A stretch of DNA of 64,000 nucleotides from Mobula hypostoma (taxonomy: Eukaryota): assembly GCF_963921235.1 (NCBI RefSeq), contig NC_086100.1:202618001-202682000 (forward strand). The letters are read 5' to 3'. Positions within the stretch are counted from its first letter, which is position 1. Every line of letters starts with the position of its first letter. Position numbers and translations under genes: made by a program. A model generated the notes under the pieces. That model made no database searches. It was not told the origin of the DNA and saw only the letters and a program-made list of their open reading frames with translations. Below are positions 50,633-63,500 of the stretch, piece after piece.

Positions 50633-52945
50633 TCAGCTGACCTGGATTGGGTATTGTGTAATGAACCGGAGGTGATTAGAGAGATTGAGGTGAAGGAACC
50701 CTTAGGAGGCAGTGATCATAACATGATTGAGTTCACTGTGAAATCTGAAGAGGAGCCGAAATCTGATGTGTCAGTAGTCAGTGGAGTGAAGGAAATTACA
50801 GTGGCATGAGAGAGGAACTGGCCAAAATTGACTGGAAGGATGGCAGAGCAGTAGTGGCTGGAGTTTATGTGAGAAGTGAGGAAGGTGCAAGACAGGTTTA
50901 TTACAAACAAGAAGAAATTTTCAAATGGGAAAAGGAAGCAACCGTGGCTGACAAGAGAAATCAAAGCCAAAGTTAAAGCAAAGGAGAGGGCATACAAGGA
51001 AGCAAAAATTAGTGGGAAGACAGAGGATTGGGAAGTTTTTAAAAGCTTACAAAATGAAACTAAGAAGGTCATTAAGAGGGAATAGATGAACTATGAAAGG
51101 AAGCTAGCAAATAATATCAAAGAGGATACTAAAAGCTTTTTCAAGTATATAAAGAGTAAAAGACAGGTGAAAGTAGATATAGGACCGATAGAAAATGATG
51201 CTGGAGAATTGTAATGGGATATAAGGAGACGGCAGTGGAACTGAACGAGTATTTTGCATCAGTCTTCACTGAGGAAGACATCAGCAGTATACCGGACACT
51301 CAAGGGTGGCAGGGAAGAGAAGTGTGCGCAGTCACAATTACGACAGAGAAAGTACTCAGGAAGCTGAATAGTCTAAAGGTAGATAAATCTCCCTGACCAG
51401 ATGGAATGCACCCTCGTGTTCTGAAGGAAGTAGCTGTGGAGATTGCGGAAGCATTAGCGATGATCTTCCAAAAGTCAATAGATTCTGGCATGGTTCCAGA
51501 GGACTGGAAGATTGCAAATGTCACTCCGCTATTTAAGAAGGGGGCAAGAAAGCAAAAAGGAAATTATAGACCTGTTAGCTTGATATCAGTGGTTGGGAAG
51601 TTGTTGGAGTCGATTGTCAAGGATGAGTTTACAGAGTACCTGGAGGCATATGACAAGATAGGCAGAACTCAGCATGGATTCCTTAAAGGAAAATACTGCC
51701 TGACAAACATATTACAATTTTTTGAGGAAATTACAAGTAGGCTAGACAAAGGAGATGCAGTGGATGTTGTATATTTGGATTTTCAGAAGGCCTTTGACAA
51801 GGTGCCACACATGAGGCTACTTAACAAGATAAGAGCCCATGGAATTACGGGAAAGTTACATACGTGGATAGAGCGTTGGCTGATTGGCAGGAAACAGAGA
51901 GTGGGAATAAAGGGATCCTATTTTGGTTGGCTGCCGGTTACCAGTGGTGTTCCACAGGGGTCCGTGTTGGGGCTGCTTCTTTTTACATTGTACATCAACA
52001 ATTTGGATTATGAAATAGATGGCTTTGTGGCTAAGTTTGTTGATGATACGAACATAGGTGGAGGGGCTGGCAGTGCTGAGGAAACAGAGAGACTTGGATA
52101 GATTGGAAGAATGGGCAAAGAAGTGGCAAATGAAATACAATGTTGGAAAGTGTATGGTTCTGCACTTTGGCAGAAGAAATAAATGGGCAGACTATTACTT
52201 AAATGGGAATAGAATTCAAAGTTCTGAGATGCAACGGGACTTGGGAGTCCTCGTACAGGATACCCTTAAGGTTAACCTCCAGGTTGAGTTGGTGGTGAAG
52301 AAGGAGAATGCAATGTTGGCATTCATTTCTAGAGGAATAGAGTATAGGAGCAGGGATGTGATGTTGAGGCTCTTTAAGGCCCTGGTGAGACCTCACTTGG
52401 AGTACTGTGGGCAGTTTTGGACTCCTTATTTAAGAAAGGATGTGCTGACATTGGAGAGGGTACAGAGAAGATTCATTAGAATGATTCTGGGAATGAGAGG
52501 GTTAACATATGAGCAGCATTTGTCCGCTCTTGGACTGTATTCCTTGGAGTTTAGAAGAATTAGGGGAGACCTCATAGAAACATTTCGAATGTTGAAAGAC
52601 ATGGACAGAGTGGATGTGGCAAAGTTATTTCCATGATGGGGGAATCGAGTATGAGAGTGCATGACTTAAGGATTGAAGGGCGCCCATTCAGAACAGAAAT
52701 GCGAAGAAATTTTTTTAGTCAGAAGGTGGTGAATCTGTGGAATTTGTTGTCACGGGCAGCAGTGGAGGCCAAGTCATTGGGTGCATTTAAGGCAGAGATT
52801 GATAGGTATCTGAGTAGCCAGGGCATCAAAGGTTATGGTGAGAAGGTGGGGGAGTGGGACTAAATGGGAGAATGGATCAGCTCATGATAAAATGGCAGCG
52901 CAGACTCGATGGGCCAAATGGCCGACTTCTGTGTCTTATGGTCTA
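50633..52945 (+). mobile_element. 5'-truncated CR1 LINE with disrupted ORF2 and (TCTTATGG)-type tail
   Basis: Consecutive ORFs 50876..51085, 51214..51396, 51406..52101, 52058..52636 and 52633..52863 are frameshifted CR1 ORF2. Confidence 0.92.
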
Positions 52946-53871
52946 ACCATTCCTGCCCCTGAGCCATCCAAGCCACCACATCATAGCTCCAAGTACTGAT
53001 CCACGCTCTCAGCTCATCTGCTTTGTTCATGATGCTTCTTGCATTAAAATAGACACATCTCAAACCATCGGTCTGAGCACGTCCCTTCTCTATCACCTGC
53101 CTATCCTCCCTCTCACACCGCCTACAAGGTTTCTCTATTTGTGAGCCAACCATCCCTTCCTCCATCTCTTCAATTTGATTCCCACCCCCCAGCAATTCTA
53201 GCTTAGACTCTCTGCAATAGCCTTAGCAAACCTCTCTGCCAGGATATTGGTCCCCGTCGGATTCAAGTGCAACCTGTCCTTTTTGTACAGGTCGTGCCTG
53301 CTCCAAAAGAGATCCCAATGATCCAGAAATCTGAATCCTTGCCCCCTGCTCCAATCCCTCAGCCACGCATTTATCCTCCACCTCCCTCTATTCCTATACT
53401 CACTGTCACGTGGCACAGGCAGTAATCCCGAGATGACTACCTTTGAGGTCCTGATTCTCAACTTCCTTCCTAACTCCCTGTAGTCTGTTTTCAGGACCTC
53501 CTCCTATGTCATTGGTACCAACATGTACCACGATCTCTGGCTGTTCCCCTTCCCTCTTCAGGATATCGTGGACGCGATCAGAAACATCCCAGACCCTGGC
53601 ACCTGGGAGGAAAACTACCATCGTGTTTCTTTCCTGCATCGGCAGAGTCGCCTGTCTGACCCCCTAAGTATAGAATCCCCTATCACTGCTGCCACCCTCT
53701 TCCTTTCCCTACCCTTCTGAGCCACAGGGCCGCAGTCTGTGCCAGAGACACGGCCACTGTGTCTTCCCCTAGGTAGGCTGTCCACCCCCCCATCAGTACT
53801 CAAATAGGAATACTTATTGTTAAGGGGGACAGCCACTGGGGTACTCTCTAGTACCTGACTCTTACCCTTCC

Positions 53872-54333
53872 CTCTCTTCCCGCCATTACAGACATTTACA
53901 CCACACGCTGCATCCGCAAAGCAAACAGCATTGTGAAGGACCCCACGCACCCCTCATACAAACTCTTCTCCCTCCTGCCATCTGGCAAAAGATACCAAAG
54001 CATTCGGGCTCTCACCACCAGACTGTGCAACAGTTTCTTCCCCCAAGCCATCAGTCTCCTCAATACCCAGAGCCTGGACTGACCAACCTACTGCCCTCTA
54101 CTGTGCATATTGTCTTGTTTATTATTTATTGTAATGCCTGCACTGTTTTGTGCACTTTATGCAGTCCTGGGTAGGTCTGTAGTCTACTGTAGTTTTGTGT
54201 TGTTTTACGTAGTTCAGTGTAGTTTTTGTATTGTTCATCTAGCACCATGGTCCTGAAAAACATCTCATTTTTACTGTGTACTGTACCAGCAGTTATGGTC
54301 GAAATGATAATAAAAATTTACTTGACTTGACTG
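53872..54333 (+). mobile_element. Rex1/Babar-type LINE 3' fragment with (GACTT)n tail, inserted in CR1 ORF1
   Basis: Translates as LPAITDIYTTRCIRKANSIVKDPTHPSYKLFSLLPSGKRYQSIRALTTRLCNSFFPQAISLLN; the tail ACTTGACTTGACT is at ~54,320. Confidence 0.8.
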
Positions 54334-54659
54334 TTACCTGCATCTGTCTCCCGAGGCCCCGGTGTGACTACTTGCCTGTGGCTCCTCTCTATCACCTCCT
54401 CACTGTCCCTGACCAGACGACGATCATCGAACTGCATCTCCAGTTCCCTAACATGGTCCCCAAGGAGCTGCAGCTCGACACACCTGGTGCAGATGTGGCC
54501 GCCTGGGAGGCTGGGAGTCTGACACCCAGTACAGAACACCGGCCTCACAGACCTATTTCTTGTTTCTATTTTTCACAGGTAACTTGCCTAGCCTCAACCC
54601 GATGTCGCCAAAGCCCTCCTACTGTGACCTCTACTCAGACACCCGCTCTATAATACTGC

Positions 54660-54910
54660 CTTCTTTTAAACTCTTCCCGCTGGTCTAACTCGCTAATGTC
54701 CATGCACTTGCACAGTCGTGCTTTGATCAAACCGCTGAAGAAAAAACTATCTCCTCTTAAACACTTTGCACCGGTCTAACTTGCTGATGTCCACGTGCTT
54801 ACGCAGCCAGGCCTCGATCAAAACGCTGAAGAAAAAACCGTCTCCTTTTAAACTCTTCCCACTGGTCTGACCCGCTGATGTCCACATGCTTGCGCAGTTG
54901 TGCCTCGATC
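54660..54910 (-). repeat. ~2.7 tandem copies of a 91-bp unit at the 5' end of the minus-strand CR1
   Basis: GGTCT anchors at 54682, 54773 and 54864 (period 91); GATCAAA..GCTGAAGAAAAAAC recurs. Confidence 0.8.
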
Positions 54911-55955
54911 TGGTCCAGCTGACTTATGTATTCTTAGGTCGTTCAGCTTTTTGAGCACCTTCTCTCTTGTAACAGAAACTGCACCCACTTCTCTTCCCTC
55001 ACACCCTTCAACATCTGGCACACTGCTAGTGACTTCCACAGTGAAGACTGCGGCAAAATATTACTCCGGTCTCATTTTCTAGCGGGCCTATATCCACTCT
55101 CATCTCTTTTTTTATTTCTTATATATTTGAAAAGTATCACCTTGATATTGCTTGCTCGCTTGCTTTTATATTTCATCTTTTCCCTCCTAATGATTCTATC
55201 ATTTGCTTTCTGTAGGTTTTTATGAGCTTCACAATCCTTTATCTTCCTGCTAATTTTTGCTTTGTTGTATGACCTCTTTTTTGCTTTTACATTAGTATTG
55301 ACTTCTCTTGTCAGGCACAGTTGTATTATTTTGCCATTTGAGTATTTCTTTGATCTTGGAATATGTGTATCCTGCACCTTCACCATTTTTCCCAGAAACT
55401 CACACCATTGCTGCTCTGCTGACATCCCTGCCAGCAGCTCCTTCCAATTTACTTTGGCTAATTCCTCTGTCATACCACTGTAATTTCCTTTACTCTCATG
55501 AAATACTGCTACATCAGACTTTACTTTCTCCCTTTCATATTTCAGTTGAACTCAATGATACTGTGATCACTGGTTCTGAAGGGTTCCTTTACCTGAAGCT
55601 CCCTAGTTGCCTCCAGTTCATTACATAACACCCAATCCAGTAGAGCTGATCCCCTAGGAGGCTCAATGACAAACTGGCTCTAAAAAGCCACCTCTTAGGC
55701 ATTCAACAAATTCACTCTCTTGAGATCCATTACCAACCTGATTTTCCCAATTGACCTACATGTTGAAATCTCTTATGAGTATCATAACATTGCCCTTTTG
55801 ACTCACCTTTTCTATTTCCCTTTGTAATCTGTACTCCATATCCCAGCTATTGTTGGGAGGCCTGTATATAACTTCCATCAGGGTCTTTTTACCCTTGCAG
55901 TTTCTTAACTCAACCCACAAGGATTCAACATCTTCCTATCCTATGTCACATATTT
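54911..55955 (-). mobile_element. Degraded CR1 ORF2 fragment (endonuclease and linker, ending at the KSAGPD motif)
   Basis: ORFs 55072..55473 and 54848..55039 resemble the element at 50633-52945. Confidence 0.8.
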
Positions 55956-56224
55956 GAAGAAGGAAGTCTGAGAATCGGAGCGGGAGTGCAATGGGAGCCA
56001 TTTTGATTTTTTCTTCTTATCATCGGAGTTAAGAGAGGCAGGACTGCACAGGCGTGTGACGTTGGGCAGTGAAGCGCGCAAGATTTAAAAGGAACACTGA
56101 TTTATACAGCGGGCAGCGGAGTGAGCCGGGAGCAGAGTGAAGGCTTAAGGGCTTTGGCGGGAATGGGCAAGGCAAAGTAGGTTTGGTTTACAATTTTTCC
56201 CGCTATTTGAGGAAAGGGGGAAGT

Positions 56225-57165
56225 ATGAGTGTGAGGGCAGCTTTTTGTTCTCAGTACCGGATGCGGGAGGTCCTGGAGTCTCCTAGCCTCCCGGACGTCC
56301 ACATCTGCGCCAGGTGCGCCGAGCTGCAGCTCCTAAGGGACCGTGTTAGGGAACTGGAACTGGAGCTACAGCTCGATGACCTTCGTCTGCTCAGGGAGAG
56401 CGAGGAGTTGGATAGAGAGGAGTTACAGGCAGGTGGTCACACTGGGGCCACGGCAGGCAGACAAGTGGGTCACGGTTAGGAGGGGGAAGGGGAAGTGTCA
56501 GGTACTAGAGAGTACCCCGGTGGCTGTGCCCCTTGACAATAAGTACTCCTGTTTGAGTACTATTAGGGGGGACAGCTTACCTGGGGGAAGCAACAGTGGC
56601 CATGCCTCTGGCACAGAGTCTGGCCCTGTAGCTCAGAAGGGTAGGGAAAGGAAGAGGAGGGCAGTTGTAATAGGGGACTCGATAGTAAGGGGGTCAGATA
56701 GGCGATTCTGTGGATGCAGTCCAGAGACCCGGATGGTAGTTTGCCTCCCTGGTGTCAGGGTCTGGGATGTTACTGATTGCATCCAAGATATCGTGAAGTG
56801 GGAGGGTGAGGAGCCAGAGGTCGTGGTAAATATAGGTACCAATGACATAGGTCGGAACAGGGGAGAGGTCCTGAAAGGAGAATATAGGGAGTTAGGAAGG
56901 GGGTTGAGAAGAGGACTGCAAAGGTAGTAATCTCGGGATTACTGCCTGTGCTACGCGACAGTGAGAGTAGGAATGCAATGAGGTGGAGGATAAATGCGTG
57001 GCTGAGGGATTGGAGCAGGGGCTAGGGATTCAAGTTTTTGGATCATTGGGACCTCTTTTGGCGCAGGTGTGACCTGTACAAAAAGGACAGGTTGCACTTG
57101 AATCCTAGGGAGACCAATATCCTGCGGGGAGATTTGCGAAGGCTACTGAGGAGACTGTAAACTAG
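56225..57165 (+). pseudogene. Frameshifted CR1 ORF1: Zn-finger/leucine-zipper N-terminus plus SGNH esterase-like domain
   Basis: HICARC, LRDRVRELELELQLDDL, VIGDSIVRG, NIGTNDIG and DRLHLN. Confidence 0.85.
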
Positions 57166-58593
57166 AATGATTGGGAGGTGGGAATCAAATTGAAGAGACT
57201 AGGAGAGAGGAGGTTAGTTCACAAATAAAGAAAGCTAGTAGAGTGTGTGAGAGAGAATAGGCAGGGGACAGAGAAGGGGAGCACTCAGACCGAAGATGTA
57301 GGGGAAAAGGAAGAAAAAGATAACAAATTTGTTTGCTCCATTAAGGATAAAAAGAGAGTAAGATGTGGAGAGTTTCTTAAATGCATCTATTTTAATGCCA
57401 GGAGCATTGCAAGAAAGGTGGATGAGCTGAGAGCATGGATTGATACCTGGAAATATGATGTTGTAGCTATTAGTGAAACATGGTTGCAGGAGGGGTGTGA
57501 TTGGCAACTAAATATTCCTGGATTTCGTTGCTTCAGGTGTGATAGAATCGGATGGGCAAGACGGGGAGGTGTTGCATTGCTTGTCAGAGAAAATATTACA
57601 GCAGTGCTTTGGCAGGATAGATTAGAGGACTTGTCTAGGGAGGCTATTTGGGTGGAATTGAGGAATGGGAAAGGTGTAGTAACACTTATAGGGGTGTATT
57701 ATAGACCACCTAATGGGGAGCGAGAATTGGAGGAGCAAATTTGTAAGGAGATAGCGGATATTTGTAGTAAGCACACATAGACTGGGAAACCCATTCTGTA
57801 AAAGGGCTGGATGGTTTGGAGTTTGTAGGATGTGTGCAAGGTAGTTTTTTGCAGCAATACATAGAGGTACCAACTCGAGAAGGGGCAGTGTTAGATCTCC
57901 TGTTACGGAATGAGATAAGTCAGGTGATGGAGGTATCTGTTGGGGAGCACTTCAGGTCCAGTGATCACAATGCCATTAGTTTCAATATAATTATGGAGAA
58001 GAATAGGACTGGACCCATGGTTGAGATCTTTGATTGGAGAAAGACTAACTTTGAGGAGATGTGAAAGGATTTAGAAGGAGTGGATTGGGATAATTTGTTT
58101 TATGGGAAGGATGTAATAGAGAAATGGAGGTTATTTAAAGATGAAATTTTGAGGGTACAGAATCTTCATGTTCCTGTTAGGTTGAAAGGAAAGGTTAAAA
58201 TTTTGAGAAAGCCATGGTTTTGAAGGGATATTGGAAACTTAGTTTGGAAAAAGAGAGTTATCTACAATAAATATAGGCAGCATGGAGTAAATGAGGTGCT
58301 CGAGGAATATAAAGAATGTAAAAAGAATCTTAAGAAAGAAATTAGAAAAGCTAAAAGAAGATATGAGGTTGCTTTGGCAAGTAAGGTGAAAATAAATCCA
58401 AAGGGTTTAGCAAAAGGATAGTGAGGGATAAAATTGGTTCCATAGAGAATCAGAGTGGACAGCTATGTGCGGAGCCAAAAGAGATGGGGGAGATTTTGAA
58501 CAATTTCTTTTCTTCGGTATTCACTAAGGAGAAGGATATTGAATTGTGGTAAGGTAAGGGAAACAAGTAGGGTAGTTAAGATGATTAAACTAT

Positions 58594-59355
58594 GATTATT
58601 ATCTGAATGGTGGCTGATTAGGAAAAGGGGAGGTGCAACGAGACCTGGGTGTCATTGTACACCAGTCATTGAAAGTGGGCATGCAGGTACAGCAGGTGGT
58701 GAAAAAGGCGAACGGTATACTGGCATTCATAGCAAGAGGATTCGAGTACAGGAGCAGGGAGGTTCTACTGCAGTTGTACAAGGCCTTGGTGAGACCACAC
58801 CTGGAGTATTGTGTGCAGTTTTGGTCCCCTAATCTGAGGAAAGACATTCTTGCTCTAGAGGGAGTACAAAGAAGATTCACCAGATTCATCCCTGGGATGG
58901 CAGGTCTTTCATATGAAGAAATACTGGATCGACTAGGCTTATACTCGCTGGAATTTAGAAGATTGAGGGGGGATCTTATTGAAACGTATAAAATTCTAAA
59001 GAGATTGGACAGGCAAGATGCAGGAAGATTGTTCCCAATGTTGGGGAGGTCCAGAACGAGGGGTCACAGTTTAAGGACAAAGGGGAAGCCTTTTAGGACT
59101 GAGATGAGGAAAAACTTCTTCACACAGAGAGTGGAGAATCTGTGGAATTCTCTGCCACAGGAAACAGTTGAGGCCAGATCATTGGCTATATTTAAGAGGG
59201 AGTTAGATATGGCCCCTGTGGCTAAAGGGATCGGGAGTATGGAGAGAAGGCAGGTACAGGGTTTTGAGTTGGATGATCAGCCATGATCATACTGAATGGC
59301 GGTGCAGGCTCAAAGGGCCGAATGGCCTACTCCTGCACCTATTTACTATGTTTCT
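58594..59355 (+). mobile_element. CR1 3' fragment of the same subfamily as 46702-49820
   Basis: Highly similar to ~49,041-49,800; ends in a CTATGTTTCTA tail, after which the host CR1 resumes at AAGAAGAGGAAGTA. Confidence 0.92.
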
Positions 59356-60562
59356 AAAGAAGAGGAAGTACTGGCGCTTTTAAGGAATATAAAAGTTGAT
59401 AAGTCTCCGGGTACGAACAGCATATTCCCTAGGACCTTGAGGGAATTTAGTGTAGAAATAGCAGGGGCTCTGACAGAAGTATTTCAAATGTCATTAGAAA
59501 CGGGGATGGTGCCGGAGGATTGGCGTATTGCTCATGTTGTTCCATTGTTTAAAAAGGGTTCTAAGAGTAAACCTAGCAATTATCGGCCTGTGAGTTTGAC
59601 GTCAGTGGTGGGTAAATTGATGGAAAGTATTCTTACAGATGGTATATATAATTATCTGGATAGACAGGGTCTGATTAGGAACAGTCAACATGGATTTGTG
59701 TGTGGAAAGTCATGTTTGACAAATCTTACTGAATTTTTTGAAGAGGTTACTAGGAAAGTTGATGAGGGTAAAGCAGTGGATGTTGTCTATATGGACTTCA
59801 GTAAGGCCTTTGACAAGGTTCCACATGGAAGGTTAGTTAGGAAGGTTCAATCATTAGGTATTAATATTGAAGTAGTAAAATGGATTCAGCAGTGGCTGAA
59901 TGGGAGATGCCAGAGAGTAGTGGTGGATAACTGTTTGTCAGATTGAAGGCCGGTGACTAGTGGTGTGCCTCAGGGATCTGTAATGGGTCCACTGTTGTTT
60001 ATCATATATATTAATGATCTGGATGATGGGGTGGTAAATTGGATTAGTAAGTATGCAGATGATACTAAGATAGGTGGCGTTGTGGATAATGAAGTAGGTT
60101 TTCAAAGCTTGCAGACAGATTTACGCCACTTAGAAGAGTGGACTGAAAGATGGCAGGGATGGAGTTTAATGCTGATAAATGTGAGGTGCCACATTTTGGT
60201 AGGACTAATCAAAACAGGACATACATGGTAAATGGTAGGGCATTGAAGAATGCAGTAGAACAGAGGGATCTAAGAATAATGGTGCCTAGTTCCCTGAAAG
60301 GAGAATCTCATGTGGATAGGATGGTGAAGAAAGCTTTTGGTATGCTGGGCTTTATAAATCAGAGCATTAGTTATAGGAGTTGGGATGTACTGTTAAAATT
60401 GTACAAGGCATTGGTAAGGCCAAATTTGGAGTGTTGTGTACAGTTCTGGTCACCCAATTATAGGAAAGATGTCAACAAAATAGAGAGACTACAGAGAAGA
60501 TTTACTAGAATGTTACCTGGATTTCAGCACCTAAGTTACAGAAAAAGGTTGAACAAGTTTTC

Positions 60563-63500
60563 ATAGATTCATTCACAGAATTCATGGAATAGTACAGCAC
60601 GGTACAGGCCCTTCGGCCCACAATGTTGTGCCAACCCTCAAACCCTGCCTCCCATATAAGCCCCCACCTTAAGTTCCTCCATATACCTGTCTAGTAGTCT
60701 CTTAAATTTCACGAGTGTATCTGCCTCCACCACTGACTCAGGCAGTGCATTCCACGCACCAACCACTCTCTGAGTAAAAAACCTTCCTCTAAAGTCCCCC
60801 TTGAACTTCCCACCCCTTACCTTAAAGCCATGTCCTTTGTATTGAGCAGTGGTGCCCTGGGGAAGAGGCGCTGGCTATCCACTCTATCTATTCCTCTTAT
60901 TATCTTGTACACCTCTATCATGTCTCCTCTCATCCTCCTTCTCTCCAAAGAGTAAAGCCCTAGCTCCCTTAATCTCTGATCATAATGCATACTCTCTAAA
61001 CCAGGCAGCATCCTGGTAAATCTCCTCTGTACCCTTTCCAATGCTTCCACATCCTTCCTATAGTGAGGCGACCAGAACTGGACACAGTACTCCAAGTGTG
61101 GCCTAATCAGAGTTTTATAGAGCTGCATCATTACATCGCGACTCTTAAACTCTATCCCTCGACTTATGAAAGCTAACACCCCATAAGCTTTCTTAACTAC
61201 CCTATCCACCTGTGAGGCAACTTCCAGGGATTTGTGGACATGGACCCACAGATCCCTCTGCTCATTCACACTATTAAGTATCCTGCCATTTACTTCGTAC
61301 TCTGCCTTGGAGTTTGTTCTTCCAAAGTGTACCACCTCACACTTCCCCGGGTTGAACTCCATCTGCCACTTCTCAGCCCACTTCTGCATCCTATCAATAT
61401 CTCTCTGCATTCTTTGACAATCCTCTACACTATCTGCAACACCACCAACCTTTGTGTCATCTGCAAATTTGCCAACCCACCCTTCTACCCCAACATCCAG
61501 GTTGTTAATAAAATCACAAAAAGTAGAGGTCCCAGAACAGATCCTTGTGGGACACCACTAGTCACAATCCTCCAATCTGAATGTAATCCCTCCACCACCA
61601 CCCTCTGCCTTCTGCAGGCAAGCCAATTCTGAATCCACCTGGCCAAACTTCCCTGGATCCCATGCCTCCTGACTTTCTGAATAAACCTACCATGTGGAAC
61701 CTTGTCAAATGCCTTACTAAAATCCATACAGATCACATCCACTGCACTATCCTCATCTATATGCCTGGTCACCTCCTCAAAGGACTCTGTCAGGCTTGTT
61801 AGACACGATCTGCCCTTCACAAAGCCATGCTGACTGTCCCTGATCAGACCACGATTCTCTAAATACCCAGAGGTCCTATCTCTAAGAATCTTTTCCAACA
61901 ACTTTCCCACCACAGACGTAAGGCTCACTGGTCTATATTTACCCGGACTATCCCTACTACCTTTTTTGAACAAGGGGACAACATTCGCCTCTCTCCAATC
62001 CTCTGGTACCATTCCCGTGGACAACGAGGACATAAAGATCCTAGCCAGAGGCTCAGCAATCTCTTCCCTCGCCTCGTGGAGCAGCCTGGGGAGTATTCCG
62101 TCAGGCCCTGGGGACTTATCCGTTCTAATGTATTTTAACAACTCCAACACCTCCTCTCCCTTAATATCAACATGCTCCAGAACATCAACCTCACTCATAT
62201 TGTCCTCACCACCATCAAGTTCCCTCTCATTGGTGAATGCTGAAGAGAAGTATTCATTGAGGACCTCGCTCACTTCCACAGCCTCCAGGCACATCTTCGA
62301 ACTTTTATCTCTAATTGTTCCTATCTTCACTCCTGTCATCCTTTTGTTCTTCACATAATTGAAGAATGCCTTGGGGTTTTCCTTTACCCTACTTGCCAAG
62401 GCCTTCTCATGCCCCCTTGCTGTTCTTCTCAGCCCCTTGTTAAGCTCCTTTCTTGCTTCCCTATATTCCTCAATAGACCCATCTGATCCTTGCTTCCTAA
62501 ACCTCATGTATGCTGCCTTCTTCCACCTGACTAGATTTTCCACCTCACTTGTCACCCATGGTTCCTTCACCTTACCATTCTTTATCTTACTCACCGGGAC
62601 AAATTTATCCCTAACATCCTGCAAGAGATCTCTAAACATCGACCACATGTCCATAGTACATTTCCCTGCAAAAACATCATCCCAATTCACACCCGCAAGT
62701 TCTAGCCTTATAGCCTCATAATTTGCCCTACCCACTTAAAAATTTTCCTGTCCTCTCCGATTCTATCCTTTTCCATGATAATGTTAAAGGCCAGGGAGCG
62801 GTGGTCACTGTCCCCCAGATGTTCACCCACTGAGAGATCTGTGACCTGACCTGGTTCATTACCTAGTACTAGATCTAGTATGGCATTCCCCCTAGTCGGC
62901 TTGTCCACATACCGTGACAGGAATCCGTCCTGGACACACTTAACAAACTCTGCCCCATCTAAACCCTTGGAACTAATCAGGTGCCAATCAATATTAGGGA
63001 AGTTAAAGTCACCCATGATAACAACCCTGTTATTTTTGCACCTTTCCAAAATCTGCCTCCCAATCTGCTCCTCTGTATCTCTGCTGCTACCAGGGGGCCT
63101 ATAGAATACCCCCAATAGAGTAACTGCTCCCTTCCTGTTCCTGACTTCCACCCATACTGACTCAAAAGAGGATCCTGCTACATTACCCACCCTTTCTGTA
63201 GCTGTAATAGTATCCCTGACCAGTAATGCCACCCCTCCTCCCCTTTTTCCGCCCTCTCTATCCCTTTTAAAGCACTGAAATCCAGGAATATTGAGAATCC
63301 ATTCCTGCCCTGGTGCCAGCCAAGTCTCTGTAATGGCCACTACATCATAATTCCATGTATGTATCCAAGCTCTCAGTTCATCACCTTTGTTCCTCATGCT
63401 TCTTGCATTGAGGTACACACATTTCAGCCCTTCTACCTTACTGTCTTTACCCCATTTATTCTGCTTTACTTTCCTCTAAGCCTCTCTATATGTTAGATCT

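Larger units (their letters stand above)
45757..54910 (-). mobile_element. CR1 LINE with 5' UTR, ORF1 and most of ORF2, split by three insertions (pieces 54910-54334, 53871-52946, 50630-49816, 46701-45757)
   Basis: The text is contiguous across each insertion (e.g. CTTATAATCT|TCTAGATCTC and CACTCTAAGT|AACCATTCC). ORF1 has CTGC..CTRC, GDSILRG and VHVGTNDIG; ORF2 has endonuclease and RT motifs. Confidence 0.85.
55957..60560 (+). mobile_element. Near full-length degraded CR1 LINE (5' UTR, ORF1, ORF2); split by 58594-59355 and cut at 60,560 by an opposite-strand CR1
   Basis: CpG-containing 5' UTR with GCCATTTT, ORF1 from the ATG at 56225, ORF2 motifs YFNARSI, ISETWL, YYRPP, DFSKAFDKVPH and YADDTK; small internal deletions. 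Confidence 0.9.
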
